Positions 43,885 through 64,000 of a DNA stretch of 64,000 nucleotides are shown in pieces (within the stretch, counting starts at the first letter, position 1; every line of letters starts with the position of its first letter). The notes under the pieces are model-generated. The model was given only the letters and a program-made list of their open reading frames with translations. It was not told the origin of the DNA and did not search any database. A program made the position numbers and the translations under genes. This DNA is from Chrysomallon squamiferum. Its lineage: Eukaryota; Animalia; Mollusca. The stretch spans positions 17,236,001-17,300,000 of the forward strand of contig CM022678.1 in NCBI GenBank assembly GCA_012295275.1. The letters are read 5' to 3'.

Positions 43885-44275
43885 ATTGCTTTTGTTTGTT
43901 TCATTAGAATGTGGAGGTTTTCGTTATTTTTGTTTCTTTTTGCAATATTTGTTTGTTTCATTACTTTGTGTTTGTTTCATTACAATGTGGGGGTTTTCGT
44001 TATTTTTGTTGGTTTCATCACAATGTAGAGTTTTTCATTATGTTTGTTAGGTTCATGACAATGTATAGTTCTTTCATTATGTTTGTTAGTTTCATCACAA
44101 TATAGATGAATGAAAATTCTGATTACTTTTGTTTGTTTCATTACAATGTGGGGTTGTTTCGTTATTTTTGTTCGTTTCATCACAATGTAGAGAATTTCAT
44201 TATGTTTGTTAGTTTCATCACAATGTAGAGTTCTTTCATTATGTTTGTTAGTTTCAGTAGAATATAGAGTTGTTT
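43885..44275. repeat. Same ~39-bp minisatellite, 3' of copy C
   Basis: GTTTCATCACAATGTAGAG units directly abut the truncated exon 6. Confidence 0.8.
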
Positions 44276-44771
44276 TTCAATAAAGCAGAACTGAATTTAT
44301 GTTAATCTTCAGGCCGCTTGGAAATTGAGAAATGTTTTACACTGAATGATATTTGTAACCCTCTGTAGTTTTGAGTGTATGAACCTAGGTGTCGCCTGCT
44401 TGTGTATGTTTATGTGCGTGTGTGATACAGCGTTGTGCTGTTTCTATTTACATATGTATTTTATTTAGTTTCTACTTTGGGAAATATTTACCTGGTAATA
44501 GAACTTCTTTGAATCTGAATTTATAAACATATATTGAGATGAAACATTGAAATAACTTTTTTTGTTATAAAGTGATAATAATAATAATATTATTAATAAT
44601 AAAATTTTGAATAGTGTAGTTTCGATACTAACAACATGCTAGTAATGACATTAACAACAGCTGTTGTAATAAAAATACACACAATAAAATCAAATAAGTC
44701 GTCTTATCATTATCTTCCTTTTTCGTAGACATGAGTCTGTCATACAGAAATGTGTGCAAAAGAAAGATTAC

Positions 44772-44864
<93 letters not shown>

Positions 44865-45983
44865 GTTTTCTTTTATTTCTTTATTTGCGTCCGTTTACGT
44901 GTTTATATATTTGTGTCAGTGTGTCTTTATGTGTTTGTCTATCTTCATCTGTGTGTTTGTCTGTGTGCGTACGTGTGCATGCAGAATTGTTAACATTGCT
45001 TCAGTAGAGAAGAGTCCAGTGAAATTATTTCCTTACCGAGCAGATAGCACAAGAAATGAATATAGTAGAAACAGCTGATACCTAGACATTGTACTGATCA
45101 AATCATTTTAATATACAGAGACAGATAAACATGTTTTATTTTAGTTTAATTTCATCTTTTTTTTAAATTTAATTCATATTTATTTCATTTACATTTATTT
45201 CATTTACATTTATTTCTATTTATTTTAATTCAATTTTTAATTTGATTTCATTACAGGTCATTTATTAATCCAAAATAACTTAAATGCGATTTATGCATTT
45301 CTATTATATATCAATATAATTTAATTGTTTCTCAACGGTAGAGAAATATCTGTATTTTTATGCAAAAATATTGAGGTAATATTTTTAATAATTAAATTAA
45401 ATTAGATTTAGGAATAATATACTTGTCTTAGGTGATAAAGAGGTTGTATGAGTTGCAAAAGTTGCAAAAGTTTAGTTTGTTCTCTCCACCTAATAATGCT
45501 CGATACATAGCGATAGGTAGAGGAAGATTTGAACTGAGTCGGAATCCTTATTTACTGTTATGTACATCGACAGCTGGTTTAAACACTCACATTTATGTTC
45601 ACTGTTTGAGCTATCAGAGGAACAACTAATACGTGGTGCATTTAAAAAGACATGTTTTACTTCTTTTCTTACATCAAAGTGATTTTTGTTCTCACTCTAT
45701 CACGTTTGTAAATAAATTAAAAATAGTAAAACAAAAAAACAACAACAAAAAAATGGAAACTAGTAAACTTTTTGTTCTGTCATAACGAGTGTTCGTGCCT
45801 TGCTGTGTGTATGCATATATGTATGTGTGTTTGTATGTATCAATGAGTGCATATACATGCGTAGGTACGTACAAATCAAGTATTTCCAGCGTAGTACGCC
45901 GCTATTATAAATATAGACACGCGTCACTGCAAAATACGAAACAATATTTATTTTTAAATATGACCTGTCACCATGACCTACCA

Positions 45984-45997
45984 GGAAACCGAAACTG
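45984..45997 (+). promoter_or_regulatory. ISRE-like element, copy D promoter
   Basis: GGAAACCGAAACTG. Confidence 0.55.
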
Positions 45998-46216
45998 CAA
46001 GTAGGACCGAAGCGATCATAAACGACAGGACATTCTAAATTCTTGAAAAATATAAGTATTTTTTGTTTCTTTCTTTTTCGTCCAAAGTATTTAACGTGTT
46101 AAGATAGTGTGTCACGTATAGAAGAACAGATACTGGAAACTCGAATAACTTTCTCGCTCACGAATTTACAAGAACATTGAGATACCCGATTCGTAATCAC
46201 GGAAGCTGAATTTAAA

Positions 46217-59351
<13,135 letters not shown>

Positions 59352-59929
59352 GAGAAACTGACAGGAAACAGAAAATAAAAAATATAAAATGAACAAATAC
59401 AAAATTAACTGATAGACTGAATTCTTCTTCTTTTTAAGAAGCTGAATATTTTCCTAATCCAAATGTCAGTAAATATAAAGGAGAAAGTATCTTCATTGGA
59501 AAGAAACAGAAATTAATAGAAGTACATTGCATGTATTTGAACACAGAAAGAAAGGAAACAATTTTTGCAAAATGTCTGAATTTAGTGATATTTGAAACCC
59601 TTTTGATGAGAAATAGAAAAGAAAGGCCATTGTTAACTGAGAGAAGTTTTAAAACATTTTAGTGACACATATTTTTAACTTATCAATTTTAATATCAGTT
59701 GAAGTATACGGAGTAGCTGTATAAAATGTTAAAAATATACTTAGAAGTGTTGTATTTCTAGAGAATTATTGTCCTGCTTGACATAGTGCAAAACGGAGAA
59801 GAGATCGCAAAAAGCTGAATATCTGGCGTGTCTAATAATATCTGAAACAAGACTACTAGTGTTCGTTGTATGCTGTATAATTATAAACAAGATTTTCATA
59901 TAGAAATAGTCTAGTTAGAAATATATTTC

Positions 59930-60420
59930 AGTTAGTTTCATCACACTGTACAGTTTTTCACATTTTGTTAGTTTCATCATCAATGAAGAATCGTTTCGTT
60001 ATTTTTGTTAGATTTATCACAGTGAAGAGATGTTTTATTATTGTTGTTTGCTTGATCACAATTTAGGAATACCTCCTTATTTATCTTAGTTTCATCAGAA
60101 TTCAGAATTGTTTCAATATTGTTGTTAGTTTCATCACAATGTAGAATTGTTTCATTATGTTTTTTAGTTTCATGACAAGATAGATCTGTTTCGTTATTTT
60201 TCTTAGTTTCATAACAAGATACATTTGTTTCCTTATTTTTGTAAGTTTCATGACAACAGATCTGTTTCATTATTTTTGTTCGTTTTATCATGCAGAGTTA
60301 TTTTATTATTGTTATTAGTTTTATCACAATGTACTGTTGTTTCATTAGATTCCTTTGTTTCATCTCCATGCAGAGTTATTTCATAATTCTAGTTAATTTG
60401 ATCATAATGTAGAGTTGTTC
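59930..60420. repeat. Same ~39-bp minisatellite, 3' of copy D
   Basis: Colinear with 21000-21490. Confidence 0.85.
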
Positions 60421-61274
60421 CACTTTTATTTGTAAATATCTGCAACTGATAATACTAGACGTTTAAATGTTGTAAAGAACAGAAGTGAATTAATGTTTAT
60501 ATTAAGGTCAAACGGAAGTTACGAAAGTAAAATATTTACATTTTGTTTTAAGAATGAATAATATTTGTAACTATATGTAATACTGAATTTATGTGCCTGG
60601 GCGGGCTCCTGCTTCATGTATTGTTTTAAGACATTTCAAAACAGTTTTTATTTTCTTCTGTTTTATAATAGTAATACTAATAACAGTTTGAGTTGTGTGG
60701 TTGGGATACTGAAAACAATAATAATAACATTAACAACAGTTGTTATAATAAAAGCTTTAAAATCAAATAAGTCTCCTTATCATATATTTCCTTTTTCATA
60801 GACAGTAGTCTGTCATATAGAGATGTATGCAAGTGTAAGTTTAGCTCTCTCTCTTTATCTCAGTCTGTCTCTCTTCCTCTCTCTGTCTTTGTCTGTGTAT
60901 GCGTTTGTTCGTGTGTATATATGTTGCATATATGTGTGTGTGTTTGTATGTATATATATGAGTATGTTTTCACATGTGTGTGAGTGTGTGCATGCAGAAT
61001 GTTTAGCATTGCATCAGCAGAGAAGAGTCCACTGGAATTACTTCCTTACTGAGCAGATAACAAAGAAAATTAATATAGTAAAAACACATGGTCCCCAGAC
61101 ATTGTACTGATCAAGTAATCTTTTCATTCACGCGGACGGACACACACACACGCACACACCCACACACAAAACTGACACACAACAATAATAGCCACAAAAA
61201 AGTAAATGTAAGAAAAAGTAAGTATTTATGTATGTATGTATGTATATATTTATATATATATATATATATATTTT

Positions 61275-61353
<79 letters not shown>

Positions 61354-61441
61354 GTATATATACATATATTTATATATGTACATATTTAGATATGTATATA
61401 TATATATATGTATATATATAAAGTATGTATATATTTACGTA

Positions 61442-61490
<49 letters not shown>

Positions 61491-61496
61491 ATATAT

Positions 61497-61532
<36 letters not shown>

Positions 61533-61612
61533 ACCCACACCCACATAGGCTTATGTACGTAATCATGTATGAATCAGTGTATGTACTTTCCTACGTACGT
61601 ACAAAGGAAATA

Positions 61613-62375
61613 GAGATGTACCTCGACTTACGAGGGCCCCAACTTACGCGTTTCTCGATATAAGAGCTCTCACTTCGTCCATTTTTTGCTTTGAGTTGGA
61701 AGCCAAAATCCGATTTATGAGCAAGCTTTAGAAACAACGCCGTTAGTTGGCGTAACGAACAACACAACATCCGGCCAGCATCCCCTCTCTCACTCGTTTA
61801 CCTCACGTGGTTACCTGACCGTGGAAGCATCTCTGTTGCGCTGTGTTCGCGTTTTGTAAAGTATTTTGCTAAATTTCTGTTTTCCTGACCACGGATCGTA
61901 AGAAATTGAGTGCAAAGGACAGTGCTGAGATGAAGAAGCGGATGATGTCCATTGAATTAAAGCATGAAATCATAGAGATATATGAGCGAGGTGTGCATGT
62001 AGTCGATTTCGCTAGGCAGTAGTAACGTGGTACCATACTAAAGCAGAAGCAGTGTATAAAGAATGTAAGTCCAGCCAAAGGCGTTAAAATACTTTTGTCT
62101 GATCTCCAAGATAAATAAACTTTACAAAACCAATTTCTTTCTTTACGTTCTCTTTTATTTTGTTTTTATGAAATATTTGTCATTTATAAATACATGAACT
62201 AAAAACAGTTATAAAAAAAAAAAAAAAAAAAAAAAATGGGATGGTTTTGGAGTGCTGGATCGGATTAATGGTATTTTAATTAATTTCAGTTGGGAAAATT
62301 TATTTGATATACGATCAAATTGAGTTACGAGCTGGTTCACGGAACGAATTAAACTCGTAAATCAACATACCATTG
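61613..62375 (+). mobile_element. Paralogous copy of the Tigger-like element at the same promoter site
   Basis: Colinear with 23432-24171 with the same flanks; the TIR ends are more decayed. Confidence 0.8.
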
Positions 62376-62481
62376 CATTTCCTGTGGGTACGACATCTAT
62401 TCTAAATATAGACAAGCGTCAGTGTAAAATATATTTGTAACATGTCTATTTTTAGAACTTACCTATTCCCGTGACCTACAA

Positions 62482-62494
62482 GGAAACTGAAACT
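62482..62494 (+). promoter_or_regulatory. ISRE-like element, copy E promoter
   Basis: GGAAACTGAAACT. Confidence 0.5.
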
Positions 62495-62681
62495 CTAGAT
62501 AAGTCCGAAGCGGCTATGAAGGCTAGGACGTTCTAGAATATTAGTATTTTTTGTTTCTTCTTCTATTTTCTACGTCTTAACATGTTAAGATAGTGTGTTA
62601 CGTACAGAAAAACAGATACTGGAAACTCGAATAACGTTCTCGCTCACGAATTTACAGGAACATTGAGATACCCGATTCGTA

Positions 62682-62745
62682 ATGACGGAAGTTGAATTAA
62701 AAATATCCCTGGTGATAATTCTACTGTTTATTTTATCGCAGACAG
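62682..62745 (+). CDS. Copy E first (signal-peptide) exon; the gene presumably continues beyond the window
   Basis: MTEVELKISLVIILLFILSQT followed by G|GTAAGT. The same promoter block lies upstream and intron-1-like sequence follows to the window end. The usual ATG is ATA here (62703), but an in-frame ATG exists 21 nt upstream. Confidence 0.7.
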
Positions 62746-63098
62746 GTAAGTGTGTTTGAATTATTTAAACATGTGTTTAAGTCTGTGCACGTGTATTGTG
62801 TTTTAAAGTGAAGTGTGTGACCGTTTGTTCGTATGTTTGTGTGCTTGGGTCTCTGTGTGATGCGCGCTCGAGCTTATGTGTATATTTGCGCGGGTGCTTG
62901 TGTGTATGTATGTGTGTACTCCCGTGCTTGTGTTTCTTTCTGAATTAGAAACATTTAATATTTACGCCACATAAAATAAATGACTTCATTAATTTTGTGT
63001 TAAAAATGACCAGACAATCTAATGAGAAAACTGGGACAGGAAAACACGGGATTGAGAAAATTAAATTGTAAAGTTGGTAGTTAAGTATAAATAAATAA

Positions 63099-63242
<144 letters not shown>

Positions 63243-64000
63243 TTGTGTGTGTGTTTGTGAGTGTGTGTCTGTCTGTGTGTGTGTGTGTGTCCGTCCGCGT
63301 GACATATAAATAGATGTATATTTATAGATAATTTTATATATCTATATATATATTCTGGTACCGGACCAATTATCCGGACTCCTTGGGGCCTGAGCCATAC
63401 CGCATTTCTGGTACCAACGCATCTAAACACTTAAATAATCAGGTATAAACATAAAGAAAATTGACGATATACAACTGTGGCGACTCGATACGTAAACAAT
63501 GCGGCGAGTGAATGAATGCCACGCGGCTTGTAAGAGTAGTTCTGTTGTGGTGAGGACAAAACACGCGCGCGTCAACTATAAACAAAGCTTTATTTAGTTT
63601 CTGTTTGAGGAGCGATCGGAATAAAATCTGTTTGAATGGAACATATTAAGTCGTATCTTTGTGCTTATTGTATGAACGTTATGTCGTATTGCAAAACACA
63701 GCGTCTGATTCCGGTCAGAAGTGCCCTGTGTAGCCTGCACCTCGTTATGGATCACCTGTTATGTTTCAATGTTTTACTCTCAACGAGATTTTTCTACAAA
63801 CTTTCTACCTAAAAACAGACTCAACCAAACAAATTTTCAGTCTCTTGTAATTATTTTTGTATCTAGTATAAATGTTTTTGTTTAACGAAAGCGGTAGCAA
63901 ACCTGTGTGAAAACCTTTCGTAAAGTTTCTTCAGTATTTACGAGCAAAGGACTCTTTTAATAAAAACATCATCAGAAAGAGCAATTTTTACATAGTTGTT

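Overview
AT-rich, microsatellite-dense animal genomic DNA. An invertebrate origin, plausibly a mollusc such as a cephalopod, is inferred and not shown. Almost the whole window is a head-to-tail tandem array, + strand, with units of about 7.5-16 kb, of one multi-exon receptor gene. Its layout is signal-peptide exon, ShK-like six-Cys exon, one ~1.1 kb exon of MEGF10/SREC-type EGF repeats, transmembrane exon, basic juxtamembrane exon, acidic Tyr-containing exon, and a single protein tyrosine phosphatase (PTP) domain over 7 exons. Four gene bodies are present: A 8564-20403, B 24511-35449, C 38128-43831 and D 46217-59351. There is also the first exon of a fifth copy (62682-62745) and two orphan leader exons (1901, 4036). 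The paralogs differ in their cytoplasmic ends: B has the canonical HCSAGVGRTG loop, A and D have an IA-2-like HCSDGVGRTG, and C has lost the PTP domain but is the only copy with an intact frame as assembled. The copies are recombinant mosaics. All eight promoter copies keep an ISRE/IRF-type GAAANNGAAACT element. Together this suggests a diversifying, possibly IRF-inducible receptor-phosphatase cluster with active, pseudo-enzyme and decoy members. Tigger-like and Ginger/KRBA2-like transposon relics, minisatellites and microsatellites fill the rest. All exon calls were made by eye from splice sites, phase and paralog comparison.
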